From assembly GCA_012295275.1 (NCBI GenBank), contig CM022677.1, positions 5,270,001 to 5,334,000 on the forward strand: DNA of 64,000 nt. The letters are read 5' to 3'. Positions 41,181 through 56,862 of the stretch are shown here, piece after piece; within the stretch, counting starts at the first letter, position 1; every line of letters starts with the position of its first letter. Both the position numbers and the translations under genes were made by a program. Under the pieces are notes generated by a model. That model was not told where the DNA came from, did not search any database, and saw only the letters and a program-made list of their open reading frames with translations. This stretch comes from Chrysomallon squamiferum (taxonomy: Eukaryota; Animalia; Mollusca).

Positions 41181-41797
41181 TAACCATTAAGAAAATACTA
41201 ATCATTAACCAAATATTAACCTTTTAAAAATACTAACCATTACTAACATCCCGTATGTGTACTAAACCTCACCGTGGTGTATGTTTGGCAACATTTCCAA
41301 AGGGAATGGCTAATTAGTACATTAATATAATAACATTATTTTGGTTAGATAGATAGACAGATAGATAGATTATGATAGATAAATAGAAATACCTACATAC
41401 AGATATAGTTACTGAAGATAGATGAACAGATGGATACATAGGGTATTGCTACTTTTTCTAATTTTGAATACAGTGTCATTACTTTGAAAGCTCTTTCTAT
41501 ATACAGACAGACAGGTCAACAGAGCACAGACAGAAGTGTATGTACTTAAGAATAAGTATGAAATATAAATATTTCCCTCTGGCTTTCACTGTCCAAATTA
41601 CTCATCCTTACTTACCTGCATGTTTCTATCTATCTATCTGTCTATCTATATATTTGTTTTATTTCATCATCAATTTCTCTGTCTATTTTTCTATCTATGT
41701 ATCTGTCTGTTTGTTGATCAACCTGTGGTGTAGCTTAATCTTATTACCTGTCTAGCTAACCATTCATTCATCACTATATCCATTTACCTATATATAT

Positions 41798-43293
41798 ATG
41801 GAAAAATAATGATTATTTCTGTTACATTTTATTATTGTATCTACAGGAAAGACAAGATTCTGGAATCAGCTTCAGTTACAAGAATAGGGAGAAAAATTTA
41901 AACAGATGAGGTGTCTACTGATATGGAACAATTATTATTCACAAAAGGTGGATTTTTCTTTCCAAAGCAGTTTCCTAACCTATCAATCTATTTTTCAAGC
42001 GATCAATACGTCTAACTATCTCTACATCAAGCTATCTTACCCTCTTGGTTACAAATAGCACAGTCTATTTTGCACACACACACACACACACACACATTTA
42101 CGTATACACTCTCTCTATTTATATCATATTTAATTATTTAAATACATTCTTTTTATATATTTATCTATCTATAAATATATTTATTTATCTATCTATTTAT
42201 CCCATATACATAAGCAACAGACTCAGTCTTTCTTACAAGATGCAGTATATACTCATGCCTCCTTGCATCTATCTAGCTTTCTTCTGTCTATCAATTTACC
42301 TCTCTATCCACCTTTTTACACATGAACACACATGCACACACACACACACACACACACATATATACTAATCATCTTTCAACACACAAATAAATTATCATTA
42401 CTATACACGTTATGTATGTGTGTGTATACATCTATATATATATACATACACACATATATATACACACACATCCCATTTCTTAACACACGTCTATCTATAT
42501 GTCTGTCAGTCTGTCTACAAATCAATCTACCAAACTAGTAACATACCTACATATCAGTTTATCTCTCTAGCTTATATGTCCATTTTTCAATAACCATCCA
42601 TCAATAATATGTCCAGCTCCCTGAATATCTAACTATATACTACTTCAAACCTCGCTATCTTGCCGAATGTCTATGTAATCTATCTGTATTTATTTTTGTG
42701 TGTGTATTTATACAGAGATAAATAGTTACATCTTTCTGTATTTATATCTTTTATCTATCTATATAATCTATATCTATATCTATATCTATTATCTATATAA
42801 TCTATCTGTATTTATCTCTGTATATCTATCTGTATAATCTATCTGTATAATCTATCTGTATTTATCTCTGTGTGTGTATTTATATATATATATATATATA
42901 TAAAATCTATTTGTATTTATTTCTATATATCTATATATATAATCTATCTGTATTTAACTCTGGATATCTAACTCGATCCAAACACAGATCCAATCCTTTC
43001 TGTTTTCTGTCTGCCTCTGTGTGTATTTATCTATGTACATATACATGATCATATCCACTTTACCATCATATATGCTTACACCTATCTATTTATCCATCCA
43101 TCGACCTCTAAGGAAATGCCTCCCTATATATATTTCTCTATCCATCAACAACAATCCCTTGAATCAGATATTCATCTTCCTGACTATTTCCCTAAATTAT
43201 TGTAGCTACTTTTTATATCTATCTTTCTGTGTTACTGTCCATTTATAACTCTCATTCACAATTCCCTTATTTAGCAATCCTTATCAATCACTG

Positions 43294-43349
<56 letters not shown>

Positions 43350-44220
43350 ACACACGCACTTTCTATGTCACCTATCTATATGTATCTCTATATGTATATC
43401 TATGTACACAATTTCTCATTCTATCTACATAATCAACCTACCTAACAGTTTATATATCAATAACATATATCAGTCATTTAAACATCTTCTTGTCTACATA
43501 CCTTCAAACCTCCCTATAGTTCTGTATGTTTGCACACATATTTACTCAATATATTCATTCTTCAAAAAAGACAAGCAACTTTTCCTTCTATATACTATTC
43601 TCTGCTCCAGCTTACATACCTACACCTGTAGCTATATATATATATATATTCAGTCTTCCACATTACCATCATACCTGCCTACACCTATCTGTCTGTCTGC
43701 TACATAACTATCTACATATATCTACATATTAACCTACTGAACTACTGACCTACATACCTATTTGTTTATTATCCACATTACAACAGATCAATAACCATCC
43801 ATCAATCATATATCTAATTCCCTGTCAAACTACCTACATACATAACAATTATGCCTAGATAGCTACATTACAACCTGTGTATTTTACTGTATGTCTACAC
43901 TCTCAGCCTGGCACACAAACACACATGACAGAAAGAAGAAAACACAGAATAGATAGATAGGCACTGACATGTTTAACAATCTGCCTAAATTCATCTACAT
44001 CTATCAATTTACTTGCTAACTTCTACTGATCTAACTGTCTCTCAGTCTGTCAATAATATCTCCCTCTTTTCTTTCTATGTATCTCTTTACCAGTTATCAG
44101 TAGATACCTCATCTGTTTAAAATCTTCTCCCTATTCTTGTAACTGAAGCTGATTCCAGAATCTTGTCTTTCCTGTAGATACAATAATAAAATGTAATAGA
44201 AATACTAATTATTTTTCCAT
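41798..44220. repeat. 126-bp inverted duplication (41798-41923 and 44095-44220) containing a mini-exon-like block
   Basis: tctacag|gaaagacaagattctggaatcagc..gatgag|gt and its reverse complement about 2.2 kb away. Confidence 0.9.
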
Positions 44221-46458
44221 TGTGTTTAACTGTCTGTAATGTTAGAAAGAAATTATTATAAATAAACATCATCTGTCTCTTATTGTAATAGATTTTAATA
44301 ATAAATCACAAATAATTTAAACAAAAAATATATATCTATGAAAAAGTATCACTACAAATTTTACATTCTGGTCAATTTAAAAAGAAAAATTGTCTTTTAT
44401 AACTAAATTCATAAACATATGTGAAAATATTTCTTTATGAAAGATTCTATACATCTAATTTTAGATCTGATTAAAAATATAAGTTAATAATACAACAATA
44501 CATTTATCCAAAATAATAATCTTTTAATCCCAAAGATCAAGAGAATTCCAATTAATTACAAATATTTAACATTTTAAAATGTGATGATATAATTAATTTA
44601 AATCATAAAAAAGTCCTTTATACCTTCAGATCTTTTTGTTATATTTAAGAAAAATTATTTATATATATTTTTATAACATTAAATTACAGCTGAATAAATT
44701 CTTAAAAAATAAACATTATCTGTGAATATCATTCAGGTCATCAGCTAGTTTATGTATATTATTCTAACACAAAACTGCAGTGATTAAAATGCTGAAGTGT
44801 TATCTTGATCTGAACTGAACTTTTATCACCTACAAATCTGTTTATTAAAGTTAACAGATTTGAATCCTGAACGAGGAAGTGATCCAGGTGATAAAAAAAA
44901 AAAGAATAAATGAACAAAATAATGCAGATACTGCAACAGTAACACTGAAACTAATAAACTGTTTCATATATGAGTCACTTGTTTCTTACTATTTGGTCAC
45001 AATCAGGCAATTTTGTGGATTTTGTACATTCCCCTTTTTTTAGACAAATTCATCTAAATAAACAAATATAGAAAGAAAAATTAATAAAATAAAAATAAAT
45101 TAACAATAAATAAAAAATAAGCATCAAGTTTATCATTCTAAATCTTAATATAAATTATTTAAATGATAATTTTTTTTACCTATTTCAGGCTAGGAGCATT
45201 TGATTAATTTGCACAATAAAATCTTTGGGAAGAAAAATTTGAGTCACATTGCTGGGTGCACTGCCTAGTTTGAGTAAATAAATAAATAAATAAAATACTG
45301 CTACTATTACATTTACTGCAACACAACTTGCTACTTTTATTACCATCATTACTGTAACTAATATTTACTATTATTCCTTATTCAACTAGAGTTACTGTTA
45401 TTGAAGTAATACTCCTATTACTAAAATTACTATCCATTAATAATAAAAAGTGATATTTGTGCTCTCTTCATTATTAGTCCTATGCCTTTATTTCTTTAAA
45501 CTAATATTATTATAATTACTACAACAACAACAACAATTATGACTACTATTACTACTACTCTTCTTGTTACATTTATCATAACAATTTCTCTGAAAACAAC
45601 TACTATTAGTACTGCTACTACTACCATTACAACCAGTAATTTGACTACAAACATTTTTTTTAATCACCATGAGTCTCACAAGATACATTACTATTACACA
45701 GCTATGGACATCAGCTAAAACATCACCAAAATTTTACAACATTACTACATTACTACAACAAGTAGTTTATTATTAATACTGCTACAAGAATTAATGCTGT
45801 AACAACTATATTACTACAACAATGGCAATGAATAATACTACTACTATAACAACAACCTCTATAGATCCTCCTGTTCTGCCATATTCTTTGATGACATTTC
45901 TACCCTGTGGTGAGTGACTCACTAAATTAGCTCTTCTTGTGTACAGAGCAGTTTCTGAAAAACAGCAGTAATTTATTTATTTATCTTTATAGTTATATAT
46001 GTATCTGGTATCTATAAGAGAGAGAGAGAGAGAAAAGAGACAGACAGAGTGAGAGTGAGAGTGAGAGAGAGGTTTAGAATAATTCCATTGGCAGCAAACT
46101 TTATCCTCAGTGCTTCACTAACCAACATCAGCACATCAGTTAGAGCTGTATCTGCATTCTGGAAATAAAAATATACAAATAAACTAATAAAAATAATAAA
46201 CTGTTAAAAATATATAACTAATGTTTCTGTTATTATTTAAAATGTACTGTTATCAGTTACTGGATTATTTCAGACACAAAGGGGTGTGGAATAGTTTTGA
46301 TATATTTTGTATAATCATTATAATGATAATAATTTAAATAATTAACAAAACAATAGCAAACAAATGATTATTATTATGCTATTTTACAATCAGTAAAGAG
46401 TTGTTACTATAAAACTTATTTTATTTGCTAAGAAATAAAAATAAGATAAAAAACTTGC

Positions 46459-46909
46459 AACTTGGAATTGTGTTGTCTGAATCAGGTACAGGACTAGCTT
46501 GGTCCTTCGAACTGTCAATGTGGTGAGACATCACTCTCATGAATGCTGCCTTCCTGAGTCTCATCTTGTTCTGCTGCAGCTACAGCCTCTGTTTTCTTCT
46601 CTCTCTTTTCTTTATCTTCTCATCCAGCTTCATTCTCAGAGCGGCAAGCTCAACTTCCTGCTGCTCAACTTCCTGGCTGTTATTTTTGCCATCGTAGTCA
46701 TCTGCCAAGTTGTTTTGTTTTGCAGTGTAGCAGATGAAGTGTTTTTACCAGCATCAGCTTGTTTTCATAAAAAAAACAGACTTCAGTGGCACTCTGCCCT
46801 TTCCTTCTTGTTCCTGACTATGCTGCATGTAAGCCATTGATATATCCGTATTATAGTATTCCAGCAGCACTTGCCCTCTACAGTGTGGTTCTGGTCAATG
46901 GTTGTGTAG
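46459..46909 (-). pseudogene. CAMSAP: CAMSAP/Patronin coiled-coil-1 exon remnant, copy 2
   Basis: KNTSSATLQNKTTWQ and ELAALRMKLDEKIKKRERRKQRL*LQQNKMRLRKAAFMRVM match recalled Patronin/CAMSAP motifs KTSFA..TTWQQ and MKLEEKRR..GKAAFL; CAG acceptor, GCAAGT donor; stops and frameshifts. Confidence 0.75.
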
Positions 46910-47627
46910 CTGGATGAGAAATTTATAAAATATTTCACTCACATCTGAATTTTCACAGAAAAATTCTTTAAATTCATTTGGAACATTTTCTCAAAAATAA
47001 CCTGGAAAACATCAAAAATAAACAATTATTAGTAATGATATGAAAAATAAAATGGATAGTAATAATAAAGATTACAAAAATAATAATAATAAAAATAAAA
47101 CATAATAATAATAATAATAATAAATAGTAGTAATCATAATAAGAAGAAGATGAAAAAGAAGGACATACAACAAAACAAAACAAAATGTAAATAAATAAAT
47201 TAAAATTGACCATTAAGAAAAGAAGGGAAACAAAAAACAGGATAACAAATTATCTGTGTGTGTGTGTTTATGTGTGGTATATTATTATAACAAATAATTT
47301 TATTAATAATTTACAGTGTCTACATATGAAATAACCTGGTTATGTATTTCCTAAATTTATTTCATCTTTATTTGTTTTTAATGTTAACATAGAGCTATAC
47401 AGGTATTTAGCTTAAATAACATGAAAATATTTAGGGCCCCACCCATTATAAACTTTAATTTGTATTAAAAAATCATTTAAATATTTTCATAGTTATAGAA
47501 CAAATCAGCAATTTAATCTAAATATTTAAAAATAATAAATCATAACTTACCTGACAGAAAACAACCTGTCAAACAAAATTAGCATATTTCCTTTTAATAG
47601 TTTTACTAGTTTATTTCCAAAAAACCC

Positions 47628-47662
<35 letters not shown>

Positions 47663-48695
47663 TTCAAATTCTCTGTGCCTTGTTGTGTGGTGTTTCCTTT
47701 GATGTGTGCTACACAAGTAAATTTATTTTAAAACAAATTTAATTACTGGCTACTCAAAAATTGCCCCCGATAGGCTGATACATCATTTAGTAATTGGTAA
47801 AACAAAATTAAAGACTAAACATGATTTCTTCTTTATATGACGTTGTTTATGTTGTTCATATTAGTACAACCACTGGTTAATGTTATTATTAACAATAAAT
47901 ACATAAATAAATAAATAAATATTCTTATAAGGTTATATTGTTCCCAATAATTAAATAAAACGAAAAAATCCAAACACATTAACATTTATAATAATAAATA
48001 GTAATACCTTTCTTCTTCACAAAATGAAATACTTAAGCAACTTTTATAATGCGATTACACCAATTCTGTAGAAAATTCTTCGAACATCAAATAAAAAAGT
48101 AAATCCGTAAAGACCGACAATCATCCCGCATTTTTCCCGCATATACAATCCCACAGAAAATAAATAAATAAATAAAAACAAAAATTAAATAATGTTTATA
48201 ACAAATAAAATAAAATAAAGGAACATAACAATCTTTATTAAAATATATTTATTTATTTATATATATATTTTTTTTTTTGGTATCTTATTATTAGCCAATC
48301 GTTGACCGTAAACTTCAAATAAACGGTGTTTTTATTTTTTTTACCCTACTGTTTCTTTCTTTTTCTTATTTATATTAATGCACCAAATAAAATTACAAAG
48401 CTTACAACGCACACTACAATAAGTTGCTTATTATTGTGCAGGAATTTACCAATGTTTGATCTACGTCTGAAAACATTGTCCGAAAAAAAATAATTATTTT
48501 GCCTTTTATTAAATATTGCAATTAGTGTCCATCAAAAAAATATAATTAATATTTCTATTAATGAGGCTGTCATCGTTCCAGGATTGTTCTTAACATTTAT
48601 TATTCTTCTCTTTATTCGCTATTATTCTTCAAACATACTATTGTGATTTCTACTAATGTCGACGTCGTTCCAGGATTGTTCTTAACGTGTTGGTT

Positions 48696-49244
48696 AATAT
48701 CACACATCACTGCACAGTATTTGTTTACTTAATTTCTGCTAATATCACGTTACTGTACAGTATTTATTTACTTAATACTGCTAATATCACGTTACTGTAC
48801 AGTAATTATTTACTTAATATCTGCTAATATCACGTTACTGTACAGTATTTATTTACTTAATACTGCTAATATCACGTTACTGTACAGTAATTATTTACTT
48901 AATACTGCTAATATCACGTTACTGTACAGTATTTTTTTACTTATTACTGCTAATATCAAGTTACTGTACAGTATTTATTTACTTAATATCTGCTAATATC
49001 ACGTTACTGTACAGTATTTATTTACTTAATATCTGCTAATATCACGTTACTGTACCCTATTTATTTACTTAATATCTGCTAATATCAAGTTACTGTACAG
49101 TATTTATTTACTTAATGTCTGCTAATATCAAGTTACTGTACAGTATTTATTTACTTAATATCTGCTAATATCAAGTTACTGTACAGTATTTATTTACTTA
49201 ATGTCTGCTAATATCACGTTACTGTACTGTATGTATTCACTTAA
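48696..49244. repeat. 42/43-bp minisatellite upstream of P4HA copy 3 (13 units)
   Basis: Same consensus; the most homogeneous of the three arrays. Confidence 0.95.
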
Positions 49245-50059
49245 GAGGAGATTCTTCATATTTCGCGAATATAGTCCTCTACAGAGAGAAAGAATGAAAA
49301 ATAAAAATAGAAATGAAATAAAGTGTAATGATTTTGTATAAAAACATTTTGCATCTATTAAAACTGACATTTATGCAAACACATTCATAAAATAAAAAAA
49401 AAAAAATAAAAAAAATATTGTAATAAAATAATAAAAAATAGAAATGACATAAAATGTTCTGAGAATGCGAATTTGCCTTCACGATTAATAAGTAGTGTCA
49501 ATTAAAACTGACATCTAATTTGTATGTATTTTGAAGAAGAAACAGAGCTGCAAACAATCCTTCTAAATCCTGAAAACTTGAGAGGTGCGCCACTTCTAAA
49601 TGACAGCTGTAATACACATTATAATCTGTTGTTTTTTGTTTCGTTTTTTTCTTAAGAATTTTTTTTTTTTTTTTTTTTTCTGTATGTTACTTTATTCTGA
49701 CATAATCAAATTATTAATATACTTTCCATCATATAGCGAGACAGACAGACAGACAAATAGAACAATAGGTAGATACATATAATCAAAGGATAACAGAAAC
49801 ATAACACACCAAAAGTGTTTTCTCTCTTTCGCACACACGCACACATACACACACACAAACACATAAACTCAAAGACAAAAACAAATGTAGAACAAATAAG
49901 AAAAAGTAAAAATAATAACATAAATAAAATAAACAAATAGAATGAAATAGAAATGAAAGTTAAAATAATGAAACGTGTCGTTTTATCGTTTAATAACATG
50001 CGAAATATAAACTGACATATGTTTAGAATTAAATCATAATAACTGTATTTTTTAGTCAT

Positions 50060-51186
50060 GAAATTTCAGTCATGTTTATGAAGAAGGAATTAAATTGGAA
50101 AAGTTAAAAACAATTTCAGATCAAATGGAACAGCACTGTTCGATCGCATTAAAAGACCCAAATCGTTACATAGCCAACCCGATTGGTGCATTTTTATATA
50201 TTAAACGTTTCACTTTGGACTGGGGACGAGATGTACAGCCTATTCTTCACGAAAGTATTACGTCCCAGACAGAATTAACCGAACTACAAGAAATTCGTAA
50301 AAATCTTCCAAGTTACGAAGATTTAGAAGGGGCCGCTGCAGTTTTGTTTCGATTTCAAGACACGTACAAATTAAATGCTACAAGATTAACACAAGGTTTT
50401 ATATATGAACGATATATACAGAGATTATCAGCAGAAGACTGTTATCAATTAGGTCGCCTTGCATACAAAATGAAAAAATACAAATATATGCATATCTGGA
50501 TGGAGACAAGTCTTGAGAAAGTTAGAACAGAAAAAATGCATGGCTAGAGAATTAGCGGGAGAGATAGAACAAGTTTTAAATTTGACGAATGAACAGTTAA
50601 TGTTAGCTCGTGGACAAAAACGTGCTCCGAACAGAAGGAAAAAATATTCAAGTATATCAAAACGTAGGAAAGAAAAGAGAAAAAATGCCAGAGTTAAAGA
50701 AAAAAACAACTTTCGATGCTCTCTGTCGTGGTGAAGACGTTATTAAAGTACGACATCGTTTGAAATGTCGCTACCACTGCAATATCAAAAATCTGCTTCT
50801 AATTCTTAAGCCTGCTAAAGAAGAGATTCTGCATTTCTCACCGAAAATTGTTCTGTATCATGATTTTATCAGTGATTCTGAAATTGAAGACATTAAAACA
50901 GTTTCTATGTCACTTTTAAAAACATCTGAAATCGATAACTATGGAAAAGATGTGAAATCTGAGAAAAGGTTTCATAGAAGCAGACTTGAGAATTCAGAAA
51001 CGAATTGAAGCAATCACAGGTATTTCAATGAAAGCTTCAGAACGACTGCAGGTAGCAAACTATGGAATAGACGGCTACTTCACGGCTAATGCTGACTATT
51101 TCCACAAAGCAGATTCTTGCCGTGGAAACAGAATTGCCACGTGGTTAAACTATTTGAGTGATGTAGAAGGAGGTGCAACAGTGTAA
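50060..51186 (+). pseudogene. P4HA: P4HA-like pseudogene copy 3
   Basis: Lacks ATG and signal peptide; internal deletions at ~50537 and ~50963; HxD reads NAD; deletion after GGATV removes the distal His and Lys; A-rich tract at 51292-51324. Confidence 0.93.
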
Positions 51187-52076
51187 TAAATGAAATACAA
51201 TGTAACTTTTAATGTGCGCAGGTCCTAGAAAGAGGTTTTTTGCTTACTGATTAATTTTTGGTTTGTAAATATTTTCCATAGGCATTTATGTAAGAAAAAA
51301 AAAAAAAATCGAAAGAAAAAAAAACGTTCTTTTAAAGTACTATTTATTGCATGTTATTGATTTCTTTTCTTTTCATGTTTTTTTTTTCTTGCTTAATTCC
51401 GCATTATTTTTCAAAGACGCCTGTTTGTGTAAGTGATTACTCTCGTTCAAAATATAATGATTACGTCTTCTTGTCGCTTGAGTTTCTTCAACTTCTTAGA
51501 ATCAGTGCAAATGTTACACTTTGTCTTTAGATATAAGATACAACGACAGCAACAATAACAATATAACAAGAACAAACAAAAAATATACGAATGCGGACAA
51601 ACCGATATAAACATGCTTACTGTTGATACAAAAATTAAAGATCGTGTTAATTGTAAAAGGAGATCTTTTTTTAATGGTATTTATAATAATAATTTCTAAT
51701 AAAAGTAATTTTCTCTTAGGTCCATATCCTGTTTACTCTCACGTAATTCAAGTATTTTGTTTTAATCAAACATCTCATCATTATTTCAACAAAGAGGGAA
51801 ACGCCTTGATCAAATATTATTATTATTTTATGATTTCATCAGTGACAGACTATTTCTCCTCTAACACTTGATAGTCCCTTAAAAAGTATTAAACTTACCA
51901 GTTTCTACTTATTTCAGCCAAACGTCGACAAGTCTGTTTTGAGATGTACTGAAATTTTTATATCAATAGTTAAGAATTATATATATTAACAGTCCATTGT
52001 AGATGTAAAATGTCATTACGTACATGTTGCGTTAAACAATGAGGTCAAAAAACAAGTACTCTTAAATCAAAAACTG

Positions 52077-52166
<90 letters not shown>

Positions 52167-54716
52167 ACTAGAAATATTTTATAAAATTTCCCGCATTGAT
52201 GTAACAGTTGATTCAGTATATTACTTTTTCATGTGTTATATTACAGAATTAGAATATCATAAATGTCAGTAACTTGCTGTACATTGCATAAATTATCCTA
52301 GGATATTTCAGATGTATTGTTTACGTCATGAATACATGAATTTATTATTATTATTATTATTTTAACTGTATACAGTGGACTCTGAGAAAACTAGTGTTCG
52401 ACTAATACAGATTTCTGAATAACCTGCACCATTTCAAAGTCTCGTCCAGCTACCGGTAACCTGTTATGAACAAAAACTAATCCAATCTCGATGATTCCGG
52501 GTGCAAATTTCACAACAGAAAAGTTTATATAGTAATTAGCACTGGCACACAATTTTCTAAGTACTATCATTTCTTAAACACTGATTGCAATTTGAACATA
52601 ATTAGACTAGCGCGTGAGATAAAATGATCGCTCTTCTTCGATGGCTTAACAAACAATGATATCAAGCTTCTTGAAATACTATATGCAGCTAGATGAACAA
52701 GATTATTATTAGATTTGCACGCGTTTCCAGTGTAAACAAAACTATTTAGCTATACACACATATGTAGTGATTGTTACATACATTGGTCTCAATGAATCAT
52801 CCGGTTTTGACAGCCTCCACTGTATTTATTTATATTGTTTATATTTTAATTGTTTATCCCATATTAATAGATACGGTATATTGTTTATGTAAATTGATAT
52901 ATTGATATATGATATTATGATATTCCTGGAACGTACCTACACATTTACATTTATTACTCATTATACAACTATATACGACCTTTCGTTATCAGCGATGTTC
53001 TGTGGTGCGCAATGACGTACACCGAGAACCCCACACACAGAAGAAAGAAAGAAACTATTGCTGAAGGGAGATTACTCTCATATAATTTCATATAATATAT
53101 TATTTCGCGGGGAGGCGGGGTTTTTCTTTTATTTGCGGTATTTGTTATTTATGGGTTTTTTTCAGTTAAATGTAGATTCTAAGAATCACGAAGAGTTGAC
53201 TTCTTTATATATATACAGGTAATGGTAGAATATTACTTTCTTCAAATGTTTTTGCTTTTTTGTATTCTTTATATACTTTGGAATATACATGTTTGTAATT
53301 TAGTTTGTAAAATGTTTCGTCGTCTGCTTTATGGAGGTTTCAAGGGCAGATAATCGAAAATGAATTATTGAACAATACGATGTAGAATCTTTCTTTTTTT
53401 TTTGAGAAATTTAGCTGAATTTTTACTGATCAGCCAGCAGAGTAATCAGTTATATTTTGCTTTTCATTTAAATTATTATGTAATTATATTTAGCAGCTAT
53501 GTAATAATATTTTCAAAAATATAATTATCTTTTAAGTTATATAACTTAAAAATAATAACAAAAAAAATAAAAATAAAAAAAATAAAAATAAAATAAAAAC
53601 TGGAGATTAAAATTACACCAAACTATCAGTGATATGATTGCTGTGAAGGAAGTAACGAATTTTTATCTGAATAAAATTTGCTTGGTATTTTTCCTTCATA
53701 ATCTGTGTAAATCTGAGATTCATTTCAGTCATTTGGCAAACAGAATACTGAATATCTCATACAGTTTCAAACCAGTATACACGTTTTATATCAAAATTAT
53801 GATTTCTAAAGTTCAACAGTATTTTTAAGCATGATGCAGAAATTAACAAATTTTAATTAATTGCACTAAATAGCTCAGATGTACCTTACAGTTTAATTAT
53901 TAATATCCCAATTTAAATAACTGTTAATTCATTATTGTATGAAATTTGGCAGACTTGTCTGTCAATTCTCAGTTGTTTATCAAAGTTCACATATCTAGAA
54001 ACGAATATGAAAATGAAGCTGAATATAAATAATACATAATATTTGTTTTAATTTTAAATTACTTTAATTATAGATTATGAGTTATATTATTAAACAAACA
54101 TGGAATTTCATTCTTGATTAACGAGCATACTTTTTCAGTATATAAGAAGGACATTTATTTTGTGAATATGAATGTGTAAGAAAAATGCCTTTTGTAAACT
54201 GTGAATGTGAAAAAAGGACTCAATATTTTTACTGAAATGTATGCAAACTAATAAAAACATGTTCCATATATCAATTCAAGTCTTTTGTTTTATGATTTAC
54301 AGTCAGTGATCAAGTGGGTTAAGAGAATTTACATTTGAAGAAATCACAGTTGTTTTCACATCAGTGTTTACAATAATGTGGTCAAAGTTTTTGGTAGAGA
54401 TATTCATTGCATTCATAACAGTTCATTCAAATTTATCTTTAAAATGCATTAATAATGAATAACAAAGCAAAAACAGAAAATGAAAAAATTATTTTAATAA
54501 ATATCAACATTAGTAATTATAACATCTAAACAACAAGTGTAAGTTAAATAGATATTTCTCTGTACAGAAGACAGCAGGTACAGATCTAGGGTGTGGTGTG
54601 TTAACATATTTGTGTGATTAGAAAATATCAAAAATGTTCTCTTTAATATAACACTTTCCTTTTTTCGCCTGAAATAAAAAATAAACAGTTACCAAGTAAA
54701 ATTTCTCCTCTCTCTT

Positions 54717-54750
<34 letters not shown>

Positions 54751-54982
54751 TACATTAATAACTATTTTCTTGTTCTTTTATTTGTAAATACATACATAGA
54801 TTGTATTCAAACAAAATACATTTGTAAGTATGTGTGTGATATAATAAAATCAGTGTATCTATTTGTAAAGAAAATAAAGTTAATAAAAATAATGTAGTTC
54901 TAATAATATTTTAAAACTGTTTATCCAGAAATTACACTGGCTCATATATATGTATATATATTCACAAACACGCATACAGACA

Positions 54983-55019
<37 letters not shown>

Positions 55020-55469
55020 TAATTAAAAAAAAAAAATTTCGTACACAGAATACAACAAATACAGATAGACAGATAGCTGTTAACTGTTATTACTGCACTA
55101 CTACATACTATATAATCACTCACCATGACTTTCTGTGAGAATGGCTGGCCAGTGCATCATATTACCCAGCATTCCTAGAGGAAGATAAATAAATAAATAA
55201 ATGAGATGACAAATTTCAATAAATAAATGTTAAAATAAAAAATAACTAAACTGTTTATCAGGATATCCTCCAAGTGCTGTCAGTTTAATCAGGAAGCTAA
55301 TGAGTTTCCCACCAGTATTCAAGCTCTTTCACTCAGAGTTGTGTCCCTTGGTGGTATAAACAAAGACTAAGGACTGATTCAATCTTAAATTTAAATAAAA
55401 CAGGCCTGAGTATTTTGTACAAAACATTTAAATGTATAAACTGATAACCAAATATTTCTTAACACATAC

Positions 55470-56862
55470 ACACTACTATCTGAATAGTGACAATTATCAC
55501 TATTGCTGTCACACACACACACTACTGAATAGTGACAATTATCACTTGCTGATACACACAGGCACACACACACACACACACACACTACTATCTGAGTAGT
55601 GACAATTATCACTATTGCTGACAACACACACACACACTACTATCTGAGTAGTGACAATTATCACTATTTCTGATACACATTCACTCACACACACACACAC
55701 ACACATGATTCTATCCCATCCTGTCAAATCCCATGTACCGGCCACAGAGGAATAACAAAACAAGTTCAATTTGTGTATTTGTGTATTTAATATTCAAGCA
55801 TATATTCAGAGACAGTATTATTCAAAGTTCAAGCATATATTCAGAGACAGTATTATTCAAAGTTCAAGCATATATTCAGAGACAGTATTATTCAAAGTTC
55901 AAACACGATAATCAGGGATACAGTGTTCAGATATACTATGATCAACCGAGTCACAATTGCACAATGTAAAACTGGTTCCACAAACCAGGTCAAGAGGAGA
56001 AGGTCCTGTCCATGTAGATCGTCTCAGCTGTCTGTAGATCTCTTAGCTGATCATCAGTTGAGAACTCCACCATTTTGTCAGCATCTCCATCCGAGAACAA
56101 GAGGAAGCATCTTGTGTTTGTGTCCAGGGTGCTTGTAGGTGCAGCTCTTCTCTGGAGGCAAAACAAAACAATGTAAAACAAAGGAAGATTAACCAATTTT
56201 CAAAAAAAGATAGCACAAGATTTGATTGTTTTTAAGTGACAGAGAAGATTGGATTAATAGGCTAAAAGAAACAATTTATGAAACAAAGAAGGATAAACAA
56301 AATTTCAAGAAATAAAAGGTCGCTCAAGACAAAACAATACATTTACCGTATTGGATTACCATTCAGCAGTGAGGTAGGGTCAGGTTGTTGTTTCAGTATT
56401 AATTTTGACAAAATGGGATTCTACAAGATGGGACGACACCACACACACACATATTATCTGAGTAGCAATTACAACTGTTGCTGATACACTCACACACACA
56501 CAAACACACGCTATTTTCTGAGTACTATTACTGATATACATACACTCACTCCCTCACACACACACACACACACACACACTTATCTGATTATCAATTATCA
56601 CTATTGCTGATACACACTACTATCTGAGTAGCAAGTATCAATATTGCTGTCACTCACACACACAGCCACATACATTATTATCTAAGTAACAATTATCACT
56701 GTTGCTGGTTCACTCATACACACACAGGAACACACACACACACACACTATTATCCGAGTAGTAGCAATTATCACTATTATTGATAAACACACTCACACAA
56801 ACACTGTTATCAGAGTATCAGTTATCACTATTGCTGATACACACACACACACACACACACAC
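55470..56862. repeat. Array of ~35-bp cores spaced by (CA)n, interrupted by the MULE derivative
   Basis: Core ctactatctgagtagtgacaattatcactattgctga; 4 units left and ~7 right of the MULE; the same array end is at 1-52. Confidence 0.88.
55714..56439 (-). mobile_element. Non-autonomous MULE derivative (~730 bp) with both TIRs, left one clipped
   Basis: Left tcccatcctgtcaaatcccat; right atgggattctacaagatgggacgacac (reverse complement of the 28089 end); internal FLLFSDGDADK..IYMDRTFS. No TSD seen. Confidence 0.85.

Noticed and set aside
28089-56439. 28-kb composite Pack-MULE bounded by the two intact outer TIRs
   Set aside because: Flanks (cagggttga vs cacacacac) show no TSD, the span crosses a gap, and segmental duplication explains both ends.
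55470-56862. CRISPR-like repeat-spacer array
   Set aside because: Eukaryotic context, spacers are CA microsatellite, repeats are degenerate, and there are no cas genes.
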